A DNA stretch of 62,301 nucleotides, filler included, from Nemertoderma westbladi (taxonomy: Eukaryota > Animalia > Xenacoelomorpha): the NCBI GenBank assembly GCA_032718475.1. It is 3 parts of 3 records of this genome, joined end to end, with 100 filler letters (N's around TTAATTAATTAA, not from the genome) between each part and the next. Parts side by side here need not be neighbours in the genome. Positions count along the whole stretch, not along the records: positions 1 to 22,793 come from JAUCBJ010008925.1; positions 22,894 to 52,495 come from JAUCBJ010004436.1; 1 more part is not named here. One strand, 5' to 3'. Made by a program: the position numbers and the translations under genes. Positions 12,065 to 23,601 of this stretch are shown here, piece by piece. Position 1 is the stretch's first letter. Each line of letters opens with the position of its first letter. The notes beneath the pieces were generated by a model. That model searched no databases, was not told the origin of the DNA, and worked only from the letters and a program-made list of their open reading frames with translations.

Positions 12065-12723
12065 TAACACCGGTTACCAACTTTTAGATAAAATTAGCCA
12101 CGCGTTGCTTTTCTATATGAAAATTCCCGAAATTATTGAATAAAATTGTCGCGAAATTAAATATTCAATTCTTATCAGATCAAGTCTAGCCTAAGCCGAC
12201 AACTAATAATTTAACATAGTACTGTAGTAAGCCTAAGTTATGCCTGTTATGTGTGGTTAGCACCGGGTCAGACTCTACCGGTACCTGCCAGGGTAGGTAC
12301 CTAACCGGGACCCAGCTCTTTATATTCCAGTACAGCAGTAGGCAGGTAGGTACCGGTACCCATGTTGTACCGACGTGTTGTACCGTACATCATGTACAGT
12401 CTGACAGTACGCACGGTAACGTGCCTAACTTCCTAATTCATATCCTCAGCAATCAGTTCCAGACCAAGCTATTCCAGTACACAGGCAAACAGGCCTATTA
12501 CTGTCGCTAACCCGCTATTACTATATATGTGATAGGTACGGTACCCGGTAGGTTTCCCTACATAGTTTGATTATACAGTACAGCAGTATACAACAAATGA
12601 TAGACTTACCTGATAAGAAATGAATATTTAATTTCGCGACAATTTTATTCAATAATTTCGGAAATTTTCTTATTGAAAAGCACCGCTTGGCTAATTTTAT
12701 CTAAAAGTTGGTACCCGGTGTTA
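12065..12723. mobile_element. Non-autonomous TIR element (MITE) with ~125-bp inverted arms
   Basis: TAACACCGGTTACCAACTTTTAGATAAAATTAGCC...TCTTATCAG (12065-12188) is the reverse complement of 12601-12723. Confidence 0.85.
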
Positions 12724-13220
12724 CTTTTTTGTGCTCTTTCTATTTTCGACTGTGTTCGATTGTGTTCGGCAGTTTTTGGATTGTGTTCGGGTGTGTTCTT
12801 GTGTGTTCGCTTAAGTGTTCTGTAAAAAGAACTATCCTACGATTAACAACAAACAAACTCCAGGTAGCCATGACTGTAACATATAAGTGACAGGAGATAC
12901 TCACGCAAGTTGGCTATACTAGCCCGAACATCAACCTAGTGACACTTTGTTTCAAAGGGCGGGAAAGACCCTGAGAATTGAAGGCGTGTGGGGAGTCCCA
13001 GCAGCGAGCGATCGTTAACTCTCGTGTCGGTCGCTGATATGCTGGTTGAGGCTGGCTGAGTGTATACTATTGTCATTTATTAGCCTAGTCCCGAACGCTG
13101 GGAATTTTGTCAAATCGAGATTTTAATTTTGCTATTGTTAAAATAAAAGTTCCAAAGCGCTACTCATGGCCGTGAGAGTTTGCCATGATGAAAAAAAAAA
13201 TAATTTCACAATTTTTGATA

Positions 13221-13413
13221 ATACTACTACTACGATCGGCATGCTGCATTGCAGCTGCATTATATATTGTCTTTATTTTTTTATTTATTATATATTGTAC
13301 ATTATATATTGTCGACAAAATTGCGCCGCCACAACTCCCTATATCACCCATGACATTTGGTATATCATCCGCATCTTCAAGGCCAGTGTCCTTTAAGATG
13401 CGTCTTAAGAAAG
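13221..13413 (-). mobile_element. RTE LINE 3'-end fragment (same family as 9254-10175)
   Basis: (CTA)n-GATCGGCATGCTGCATTGCAGCTGCAT ... CATCCGCATCTTCAAGGCCAGTG, with an AT-rich replacement in the middle. Confidence 0.85.
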
Positions 13414-13789
13414 GCCCTTCCCTATTGCAATGTAGTTAGTAGCCTGGGAACTGGGTGATTGACAGCTTAAACAAAATAGCACTTCGTCAGAAAGCGACAC
13501 ACATCAATCGAATTACAGGAAAACAATTAAAATGCTCCTGGATTGACAATTATACAAGATATTCATTAATAAAAAGTACCTTCCCGCGTTAAATTTTAAT
13601 GCGTTTTTAATGTACTATTATTTATTCAGTTCTTGTTGGGAGAACCACGTGAACGACCACCTAAATTTGTATAAAATGTTGAATAATAATTTAACAATCG
13701 CATTTTTTGAAACTTTTCTGCTCTACATAGACATGTTGAAAATGTAATTATTACACTTCTTAAGCATTTTTGAATGAATTTACAAGAAT

Positions 13790-14040
13790 GCGAGGTGGGG
13801 TTCAAGTCTCCCACCCTAGGTGTCAAGTCTCCCCCCATTGAGGGAGACTTGACGCTTTTTCGAAAATACGAATAATTGGTTTAATTAAAAAAGTTTAAGA
13901 ATTGAAATTCTCAAACTCTCACATAATGATAGCAATCATAATTGTAATGAAAAAAGTTAAAACGGAATTGAAAAATTTATTTATCTGTTCTTTAGAGCGA
14001 TTATAACTTTTGGGGTTCAAGTCTCCCTGAATCACCCTAG
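13790..14040. repeat. Probable DNA-transposon remnant with repeated TCAAGTCTCCC motif
   Basis: The motif occurs three times direct and once inverted (GGGAGACTTGA); ends ...CACCCTA; the other terminus was not found. Confidence 0.4.
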
Positions 14041-15034
14041 TGATTAGTTGTCTATAGTTTTTGTACAAAATGTCTGGATATAAAGTATCAATTGGTGGAC
14101 ACAGTCTTGACATTTTGTTAAATAACTTAAAAAAACTAATGACTCTGCTCTTATTTTGAAGGTGTCTACACCCACTACACAGGGACGGATTATGAATTTT
14201 CGACCCCGCCCTGCAGTCCCAACTTACGGGCCCCTACTCATCCACCCACCCCCCAACGAAAACCAATTGCAAAATTTTTTGGACGCGTTGATAAAAATAA
14301 ATCATTATTAAAGAAGTAGCGAAGTAGGCTTAGTTACAGTAGTATTTCTTCCTAAAATTACAATTCAAAATTAGTGAAATCTATATTTAGGACATAAAAG
14401 ATTGATACAGTATAGATATATAGTAATAATAGGCACAGCTACTGAGCATGTCCCAGGCTGCGGGATGATTGATACCGTAAAGCAGTATACAAGTACCCCG
14501 ACAAAGTCGATGTTGAGCGAAATGACACGAATTACAGAATTGTTTTTACTCAGTGCCGGAGCCGGATTACATCGCTTATAGCTGCACTCCTAAATACTTA
14601 AATCTCATGTAACTTAACCAACATGCGAGGTCTACTGGTCTACATAATGTTGTAATAAAGGGCAATTATTGTTGTAACCAAAACGTATGTTGGTTATTTC
14701 ATAGGGGCCTACTCTTTAGATCACGGCGCAGATTTAGACTTCCAATAAACGCTTGTACTACTTAGATATTCCGCACTTCAAACCGATTCGTTGCCAGTAT
14801 TAGAGACGTATTTGCCAAATCCACTGTTGTATGTATTGTATCTGGCGATATGGATGGGCCCAATAAGTGGCCGTATTATATCGCAACTACAATGTACTGT
14901 ACAATATTCCATATTTTATTGGCAAACAAAATAATAAACAAATTCATAATAGTAAATAATATCATTTTATAATGATTACTGCGCTCAAATTTACATTAAA
15001 ATCGTAATTTAAATTTAATATTATTTATTGATTA

Positions 15035-16079
15035 ATGAAATATAAAATGGATCTATATTTTATTGCGTATATTCTTGCTCTCGTGCATATAGGCCTAATA
15101 CGTTGCGAAGGGGAACTGAAATGCTACAATAAATTCAAAGACTCCGGCACACACCGATTAGAGTGTGGTGATGAATATAACGATGATTGCGTTGAAAAAA
15201 TGCAAAACCAACTGGGAGACGAGAGTACGATATCGGTTAGTACCGGTACCTACAGTTACAGTATACAGTACCATTCAGCAAACAGTTAACGATATAGCAT
15301 ATCTCAGCTAGTTCAGGGGTTCAGTGATTTCCCGGAGAAAGGCATGCGGGGTCGAGTCATAACTGTGAGCCATCAGCGAACTGTTATAATTGTACAGTAC
15401 TATGGGTATGGCCGTTTTCAGAAAATCTTGTGTGGGGGGGGGGGGGGGGGGGGTGTGTGTGCGTGTGTCGCCCATGGTCCCATAGTATAATTATAATTGT
15501 TCGCTGTATCATAAGAGAACACCCCCACTCACTGTAACCTGTTTTTTCCTTTAATTACGAAAATCTCTACTTTTGTTTTGGAAGAAGATGGGACTTCTGG
15601 AAGCTGATTCTTTGTGGGTTTATCTAGTAATTTAGAAATCGACTATGTGACAAAAGAAAGGTCATCAGTATGACAGTTTAAACAAATCAGACAGAAAAAG
15701 TAATTATAAATCTGTATTGAACATGTACTGTAGTACTATTTTATGCTGCACTGGGTAAATGGAATACTAAACGTTTTTGTTTTAGGAATGCGGTTATGGC
15801 GTGAAGTTTTGTTACTGGAGTTACAGTAATGAAACGGGACGAGTTCAAATCGGTTGTGACCAATCACTGACTTGCACGTCATCCGTAGAGAACAACCCTC
15901 CCAGAGTCGGATACTGCGGAAATTTCCAGAACGGAATTGGCCAAACATCATTCGAAAGTAACTGTCTTTATTTCTGTTGCGATACAGACGTATGCAACAA
16001 TCCAGCACCCAGTATCTATCAAACGTTTCACTTTGCGGTTTGCGTTGTTCCTCTGTTTGTTACGAAACTGTTGTTTTGA
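15035..16079 (+). CDS. Secreted, probably GPI-anchored three-finger (Ly6/uPAR/Quiver-like) protein, 164 aa; join(15035..15235,15786..16079)
   Basis: Hydrophobic signal peptide, then LKCY; C-terminal CCDTDVCN signature; 12 Cys between these; hydrophobic tail with no cytoplasmic part. Phase-0 intron GTTAGT...TTTTAG joins two ORF-track pieces in frame. Confidence 0.88.
15374..15506. mobile_element. Very small MITE-like element in the intron
   Basis: CAGCGAACTGTTATAATT ... AATTATAATTGTTCGCTG inverted ends around a poly-G core. Confidence 0.55.
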
Positions 16080-16119
16080 GTAACTGCTATAGTGTTATTG
16101 CAACTGCGTAACTGTTCTT

Positions 16120-16212
16120 GGAGTAGCTGATATTGGAGTAACTGATATTGGAGTAGCTGATATTGGAGTAACTGATATTGGAGTAGCTGATATTGGAGTA
16201 GCTGTTATTGGA
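16120..16212. repeat. 15-bp tandem repeat in the 3' UTR
   Basis: (GGAGTA(G/A)CTGATATT) about 6 copies. Confidence 0.85.
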
Positions 16213-17150
16213 TTAACTTACATTGTGTATTTTGGGTTTTTTTTGCTGTGGTTTTACTTCGTCTTTATAAATGTATCAGTGTGAAGTGAATTGTTTGATT
16301 GTATGAATAACATACTTTATTGTACGGGAGTAAACGCTATGCCGACATCAGATAACCGACACCAGTTATTATGAACAAAAATGATACAGTAAACCTTGCG
16401 CTTGACTCGCGTTTCAATGTTTTGGTTAGAATAGCATGTCACACTACAACTTGCTCAATTCCCTCAACTTTTATAATGGTTACTGCCTGTTTGTTGTCGG
16501 TATTCTGCTGTACAACTGCCAGATTGTCCATTTTACGAAGAAATCCGGGGGGGGGGGGGGGGCAAGGGTAGATAATGATTAAGTAAAATGTTATCAAATC
16601 ATAGGCATAAGCTTAAACAATTGAATAAAGCATTGAAAATTGAAATAAATTTTAAATAATTACCCGTGGTTGAGTACTGTAGGCCTAACCTGCGACAATC
16701 AATGTAATTTAGTTTTGAAGCCCCTTTGGGAAGTAAATAAAAAACACTATAGAATAGAATACAGTATAACTAAATAATAAAACATCATTTCAGAAACAGG
16801 TATTTCATTCATATTCATATTGATTACAGAACCCTGGATAATATTTTAAAACCAAATTAATTTACATCCAGCCAAATGCAGAGCACAATTAATTTAACCA
16901 CTGAACCTACTGTAATCTACCTGGCGGTCCATTTAAAATAACACGGCCTTTCTTTCATCTGGGACATTAGTAAAGTGCAGCACGTGCACTGTCTGGGTGG
17001 CCCCCTGGATAACAGGGCCCAGGTGGTGGGTGGGGTTCCAACTCGGTAGCCTGAGGTGATAACAATTTAGTGTGTTTCTGGCATACTCACACGGCGAAGT
17101 TAGTTTTGAGACTAACTGTCTTACTAGCCGAGGCGCAGGCCTCCATTATG

Positions 17151-17430
17151 GTGGCCCATCGCTATCATGTATTTTAATGGATTTTTTTATATCGAAAATT
17201 ATATTGAAAATCGTATTTGAAAATTGAAAATCGTATTTGAAAATTGAAAATCGTATTTGAAAATTGAAAATCGTATTTGAAAATTGAAAATCGTATTTGA
17301 AAATCTTTTTTAAAATTGTATTTGAAAAATCAATTAAATTTTGAAAATGTGGAACGCCATGACCTATCGCTATCATCAAAATCTAAGTGAATATAAAAAT
17401 TAAATCAAAATGTTGATAGCAATGGGCCAC
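17151..17430. mobile_element. MITE-like element with internal 20-bp tandem repeat
   Basis: GTGGCCCATCGCTATCA ... TGATAGCAATGGGCCAC inverted ends; internal (TTGAAAATCGTATTTGAAAA)n. Confidence 0.7.
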
Positions 17431-17884
17431 GCCACGCCGGTGTCCTGTCCGAATCTGCCCCCCCCCCCCCCCCAATCCCTCACCCCGCGCGGAATGCCCC
17501 CCACCCCCTCCTTATAGACTCATTACAGTATAATACTAGGCCTATTGTAGTACTGTACAGTAGTAGGCCTAGGGTACCGTACAACACTTCAACTTGGATT
17601 TATTATTTGGTTTATTTTTTGTTTTAATTAGGGTTTCGGACTGCCATTTCACTTAAATTACAGTAGATCGCCAAATTAAACCGCCACTCTTGAAACCTTC
17701 TGGGGTGAAAATGCTCTGGGGGGGGGGGGGGGGGGGGGCATACGGCGTAGGAGAAAATGCCCGGGGGAGGGGGGCTTTATAATATAGGCCCCCCTACATA
17801 CAGTATATTCTGGGGGTCATCAAGGTCTAGAAGCAGTCGCAGACCTAAACATTTACGCCTACCGTATGTGTACTGTAGGTGATA

Positions 17885-18223
17885 CCGGTGTCACAGGCGA
17901 AAATGCCCCCCGGGCATTTTCGCCTAGCGCCATATCCCCCCCCCCCCTCCCCCCCAAGAGCATTTCCCCCAGATTTGGAGAGTTTACTGCCCAAAATTCT
18001 ACTTAAAACTATCATGTAACCCTAATCCAAAAGTCATGATGAGGCTCTAATCTAAGAATTTTTGTGGAATTTTGGACCCTTGGTAATGTTAGGATTACAT
18101 GACAGTTTTAATTACGGTTTCGGGTCGCCACTCTCGAATGCGCAATGTGAAAATGTGTATTTGGCGCTACAGTATGTGAAAATTTCTGGGGGGGGGGGGG
18201 GGCATTTTCGCCTATGACACCGG
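17885..18223. mobile_element. MITE-like element; related inverted arm at ~17625-17770
   Basis: CCGGTGTCACAGGCGAAAATGCCCCC ... GGGGGCATTTTCGCCTATGACACCGG. Confidence 0.75.
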
Positions 18224-18263
18224 CACTAGCTGGGAGGTAGATAGGTAGAGTACAAGTACAGTA

Positions 18264-18739
18264 GTAGGCCTACTGTACTATTGTAGACCTACTGTACTAT
18301 TGTAGACCTACTGTACTATTGTAGGCCTACTGCACTATTGTAGGCCTACTGTACTATTGTAGGCCTACTGTACTATTGTAGACCTACTGTACTATTGTAG
18401 GCCTACTGCACTATTGTAGGCCTAATGTACTATTGTAGGCCTACTGTACTATTGTAGGCCTACTGTACTATTGTAGGCCTACTGTACTATTGTAGGCCTA
18501 CTGTACTATTGTAGGCCTACTGTACTATTGTAGGCCTACTGTACTATTTTAGGCCTACTGTACTATTGTAGGCCTACTGCACTATTGCAGGCCTACACTG
18601 TACTATTGTAGGCCTACTGTACTATTGTAGACCTACTGTAGTATTGTAGGCCTACTGCATTATTGTAGGCCTACTGTACTATTGTAGGCCTACTGTACTA
18701 TTGTAGGCCTACTGCACTATTGTAGGCCCACTGTACTAT
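18264..18739. repeat. 19-bp minisatellite (~25 copies)
   Basis: (GTAGGCCTACTGTACTATT)n, containing the palindrome GTAGGCCTAC. Confidence 0.95.
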
Positions 18740-18880
18740 CATTTCAATGTCATTACAATATGAGACAGAAAGTCTGGAATTTCGGTCCGTCGATTTCAAG
18801 GTCATTTCAATATGCCATCAATGTCATTTCAATGTCAATGCTACTTTCAATGATATTCTATGGACACATTTTGATCAAAC

Positions 18881-20058
18881 TGTTCGCGCTTTCAGACCTT
18901 TGGCAGTTTAACCCGCCAAATTAGGATGTCTTCTAGATAATAAATCACCTTTAGCCTATGACAAGTATTTAATTCACTACACTAGTCGAAACCAATCTGT
19001 GCGCGATCATTCACCCGCTGGATATACCCGGGAGATTGGGTTCGACGGCTTAATCTTATTGCTATGTAAGCCTAATGTATTATTCGACTGACAGTATTAT
19101 ATAATCTCTGACAATATTATTCACCTTCGGGGAATATTAACAGTTCCTTTAGGACGTGGCGCTCTATCTATATAAACAGAGTTATGACTTAAACTACTCA
19201 CAACGATATGGCTTAGTTATAATTCACATATATGGCGCATTCTTTAGGAAATGCTTCGTTATCAGTCTCACTCATACACAATGCTGCACAATACTGCACA
19301 CTGATCTGCCGATCTTCACTGCTTTTAGTTATATATAAAAGGAACACGGACTGACTCATGTAGGGTCTATCAAATAACATTAGATTCACTTCAAACCTCT
19401 TTAACATAAGTCACAATCGTTATATGTAACCTTTCTCTCTTACCTTCGGTATATCAAGAATATTGGGTTTCGGGGTTATTTATCGTTATTCCAAATATAA
19501 TAATTCATCAACCATATTATGAAGAACTGACAGTAAATAGCAGTATAACAATATAAAAGTATGCACAGTGATTCAGTGTGTTCATTAGTTTGTTATGTTT
19601 GTTTTGTTGATAACGGATATATGCCCTTTATAATTAAGCCTACTAGTGTTAGACTAAAACAGAAAGCACAAAATATTTACAAGCCGTTCTCTCCTGGCTC
19701 AGGAAAGAAAGACCAACAACACTGAAAACTGATAAGAATAACCTTATTTACAAAGGCTTCCACCCAACACAGAGAAAGAGCATACAGATAGGAAAATTCA
19801 GTTCAGTAGATCTGTGATAGGTCGAAATCAAAATCAACTCAAATCCTATTGGCAGATACAGAAGCAGGGCTGTGGGGCAACTTTCCCAAGCTGGTTGGAC
19901 AATCAAACGTAGCCCAGATTCCTTCGCACAGCGAATCAGCCAATCAGCCGGTAGCTTGCGCTATTCGAGTTATAGATCCCTTTTTAGAGTATTCCAGCGC
20001 CTGGGGGGGAACTGGTTAGCAAGGCAAACGAATCAGTTATCCCACAAAAGCTTTTACA
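18881..20058 (-). mobile_element. LTR-like unit, copy 2 (~1.18 kb), probable 3' LTR
   Basis: Same TGTTCGCGC...GCTTTTACA ends and colinear blocks as 3467-4677 (e.g. GGGAATATTAACAGTTCCTTTAGGACGTGGCGCTCTATCTAT). On the minus strand it is preceded by purine-rich GGGAGCGG. Confidence 0.7.
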
Positions 20059-20161
20059 CCGCTCCCAGAAAATGGGATTTAAGTCTATAAAATATACAAA
20101 ATCACAATTTCTAATATACATAAATACTCTAAACAGTTAGTCTTTCTTGCGCGGACGGCGT

Positions 20162-20831
20162 TTACGCAGTTTTTTTTAAAGCTAGCAAGAGTCCTTTTCT
20201 CTTTGGGGCGAGCCACTTTACGAGGAGGGCTGTAGCTCCTAGGCGAAGGGTGCAATATAATTGCATCAGAAGGTGTAGGATTATGGTCGGGGTATCCGCC
20301 GTTTCGATATGCTTCTCCTCGAGCTGATTTTCCTCCGCTCGTAGCTGGATACGTTCATCCAAAAACTCTCGCAGAGAATGGGGTTGTCTAAGTGCGATAT
20401 CTTCTTAGAGATTCTGGATTTCACAATCGAACTGAGATAAAGACAATTCGTTTATCGCTTGGACTTGCTGTCACAACTTACGTTTATCTGAACAAACGTA
20501 GGTTTCCTTTCTGATCTTTATAGAATAGCGTTTAACTCGTTTGGTACAACGTTCTCCGCCACTCTGGTGACAGGTTATATCGTGTCAAGCCGGGACGATG
20601 GTAAGGGTTAAACGGCGATATTAAATGTCCGCGTCCCAATCCGGCTAGGTAGGATGGGCTAATATCTAAGAAACCCACAACTGGGGTGCCACCGACTAAT
20701 CGTTCAGGTAACACTAGATCTTTGAGCAGTGAGTACAGCTCGGGAGGATCCGTCATACTAATAGGATCAAGAGTCTGAGGTCTCACTAAGGAATGAGGAG
20801 CTCTGATCGAGTATTCCGAAACTCTGATCAT
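20162..20831 (-). pseudogene. Degraded orphan ORF(s) between the 273-aa ORF and LTR copy 2
   Basis: 99-aa ORF MIRVSEY... (20831-20532) starts 8 nt after the upstream stop. A further frame (RVKRYSIKIRKETYVCSDKRKL*QQVQAINEL...NL*EDIALRQPHSLREFLDERIQLR...) with two in-frame stops runs to 20162. Confidence 0.4.
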
Positions 20832-20839
20832 TGGTTTAT

Positions 20840-21661
20840 TTAAGGATCGTCTGAGTCGAACGAGCGTAGGTGATACATTGAACAAGTTTCGCTCGAAACT
20901 CCCGTAAATATAGCGAGTAAAACCGTGTTTAAAGCAACGTCTCCGCGGATGTTTATGTCTTTCTGTTTGTTGGTTGGGTCTTGGGCATTCATTACAATAA
21001 CACCAAAGACACACGTCTTGTAGGGGAAACGCGAGTGATCCTTCTCCAGCTTACAATACTCCTCCATCCGTTCGAAGCTATCCGGTATAACAGGTAGCGG
21101 TCGATCGGCGGTAAGATACATCATAGTGGAATAGAGCCGTTTGAGTTCTACCATGCGGTCATGATGTATACCTTGAGGATATCGAGTTTCTAGATTTTGT
21201 TGACTGGTAATATCGAGATAGGTTTCTCTCAATAATTCCAAGTATTTGGTGAAGTCGCTGCGTTTATCCGGCTCTTCAACATCTGTACTTTCGATTCGGT
21301 TTCGCATAGAATTCTCATGTTCGATTCTCGGTTTATTGTTCCGCCTCCGCTGGGTATGATATTTAAATAGAACCATTTCCCTTTTGGTGTCTATATCGTC
21401 TATATCGTGTAAATCGATAGGATGACCAGTAGTTAAGAAGGCCATATACGTACCATTACGCTGCGTATATCGAGCAGCGAATTTTCTATAGTCCAACTCG
21501 CGCGCGAGCTGCTCTTGGGACATTGGCGGTTCGATATAACGACCATCGTCCTCCGCAGCAGTTGGACTAACGTCGCCGCGTATTAAGCTATCAACAAACG
21601 CTTGCAAAAGTAGAGTATATCGCTCCCCGATACCAAGAACATCTTCTATCAACTCCGTCAT
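20840..21661 (-). CDS. Orphan 273-aa intronless ORF, putative accessory gene of the LTR-like element
   Basis: Intact ATG..TAA ORF with normal protein-like composition, GC-richer than its flanks, pointing toward LTR copy 2; no family recognised. Confidence 0.5.
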   Translation of the reverse strand: MTELIEDVLGIGERYTLLLQAFVDSLIRGDVSPTAAEDDGRYIEPPMSQEQLARELDYRKFAARYTQRNGTYMAFLTTGHPIDLHDIDDIDTKREMVLFKYHTQRRRNNKPRIEHENSMRNRIESTDVEEPDKRSDFTKYLELLRETYLDITSQQNLETRYPQGIHHDRMVELKRLYSTMMYLTADRPLPVIPDSFERMEEYCKLEKDHSRFPYKTCVFGVIVMNAQDPTNKQKDINIRGDVALNTVLLAIFTGVSSETCSMYHLRSFDSDDP

Positions 21662-22439
21662 ATCTGCTATATATGAGTTTATCCATATTATAATGAGTTT
21701 ATATTTAGGCGAGCGGGCGTCGCTGCCTATTTCTCCCTTGCCCCCGGACAGTATGAGATTCTCAGCGCCGATGTACCGCTGTCGCTATACTTTCGCCAAC
21801 GACGTAGCCGTACAATGACAACGATAACCGGCACAAGTCACTCAACTGTCCGTCCCAAAGGCTTAGATGTACTTCAGGTATTCCTTGGAGAGTTAGGTTA
21901 CTTTTACGATTGCGACTAGCTACTGTAAACACACTTTAGCAGTAACATTCACCTATAAACTCACAAATACCACACAACTGGTCACAACTACGCACATTCG
22001 GGCCATTTGTCCGTTAGTCAATGCCTTCCAGAATGTCACTGTATTATTATTTATCCTTGGATACTAGTAGTGCGCTATTTATTCCCTATGCTATTCAATG
22101 GGACAAGCTTTCTATTGTTCTTTTAACTCAATTCTAATTCTAGCGTGGTTGTTGCTATGGTGACATTATGTAAAGCTAGCGGTAGAATTAGGGTAATTCC
22201 AATGCATACAGATCTGGGATGTTATTTAATAGTATTCTTTAATAGTCAATGTTCTGTTTTATACATGACTTTATGAATTTTATCGGCTATTGACTATGTT
22301 TGGGAGACTTTCGCACACTCATATGCATAATAAGATAAATCTCCGCTCCCTTGATCTATTAATTAATGGAATTTTGGGAATGTTATAAATTGCGCAAAAA
22401 ATGGCAATTTATTAAATTCATTAAAAGGCATGAATTTAA

Positions 22440-22793
22440 ATTGTTCCCTGAAATTTTATTATTTGATAATTAAATGGACATATTTTGATTCTAGAACATG
22501 TCTAGGGACACAAGATCCTTAATTCTATGACAATTGTGTTTTTTAAGAATATCGGTAAATGCTACGATATCTTAATTGACTAGAATTATTGAAGGATCTG
22601 AATTTTACAGATTTTGATTTATTAGATTTTGCAAATATTAATTAATTAATATTTGAGATGGGCACCGATTTATTCCAGAACTTGTCTGGGGACGTTAACC
22701 ACTGATTCTAGAATTTGTCTTTCAAGTATATCGGTGGGTGCCGCGATATCTTAATCGACTAGAATTACAGATGGTCAAAGGGTTTAACAGATT
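22440..22793. repeat. Two diverged ~185-bp direct repeats running into the gap
   Basis: TATCGGT...CGATATCTTAAT(T/C)GACTAGAATTA occurs at ~22549 and ~22729. Confidence 0.6.
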
Positions 22794-22893
22794 NNNNNNN
22801 NNNNNNNNNNNNNNNNNNNNNNNNNNNNNNNNNNNNNTTAATTAATTAANNNNNNNNNNNNNNNNNNNNNNNNNNNNNNNNNNNNNNNNNNNN
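22794..22893. other. Assembly gap with synthetic linker
   Basis: N44-TTAATTAATTAA-N44; the linker has stops in all six frames. Confidence 0.97.
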
Positions 22894-23525
22894 AGGAGTT
22901 CGTTAGAGCCCAGCATGGGCTGCCAAAGAGGAGTTCGTTAGAGCCCAGCATGTGCTGCCAAAGAGGAGTTCGTTAGAGCCCAGCATGGGCTGCCAAAGAG
23001 GAGTTCGTTAGAGCCTAGCATGGGCTGCCAAAGAGGAGTTCGTTAGAGCCCAGCATGGGCTGCCAAAGAGGAGTTCGTTAGAGCCCAGCATGGGCTGCCA
23101 AAGAGGAGTTCGTTAGAGCCCATCATGGGCTGCGAAAGAGGAGTTCGTTAGAGCCCAGCATGGGCTGTCATAGAGGAGTTCGTTAGAGCCCAGCATGGGC
23201 TGCCAAAGAGGAGTTCGTTAGAGCCCAGCATGGGCTGCCAAAGAGGAGTTCGTTAGAGCCCAGCATGGGCTGCCAAAGAGGAGTTCGTTAGAGCCCAGCA
23301 TGGGCTGCCATAGAGGAGTTCGTTAGAGCCCAGCATGGGCTGCCAAAGAGGAGTTCGTTAGAGCCCAGCATGGGCTGCCAAAGAGGAGTTCGTTAGAGAC
23401 CAGCATGGGCTGCCAAAGAGGAGTTCGTTAGAGCCCAGCATGGGCTGCCAAAGAGGAGTTCGTTAGAGCCCAGCATGGGCTGCCATAGAGGAGTTCGTTA
23501 GAGCCCAGCATGGGCTGCTATAGAA
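22894..23525. repeat. 35-bp minisatellite (>=18 copies, truncated by the gap)
   Basis: (AGGAGTTCGTTAGAGCCCAGCATGGGCTGCCAAAG)n. Confidence 0.97.
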
Positions 23526-23601
23526 GAGTTACACTGCCGCATGGAAAAGGAGTACCTTTTCTCTAAGTGATATTTCACAGCTCTTCTAGATCCTGGATTA
23601 C

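Noticed and set aside
19020-19050. tRNA B-box-like GGGTTCGA in LTR copy 2
   Set aside because: No cloverleaf or A-box, and not conserved in copy 1
3467-20058. The two LTR-like copies as the paired ends of one 16.6-kb element
   Set aside because: They are clearly diverged, have no shared TSD and enclose host genes, and the associated ORFs lie outside the pair
22838-22849. TTAATTAATTAA palindrome inside N runs (also 52540-52551)
   Set aside because: Identical synthetic scaffold linker, not biological
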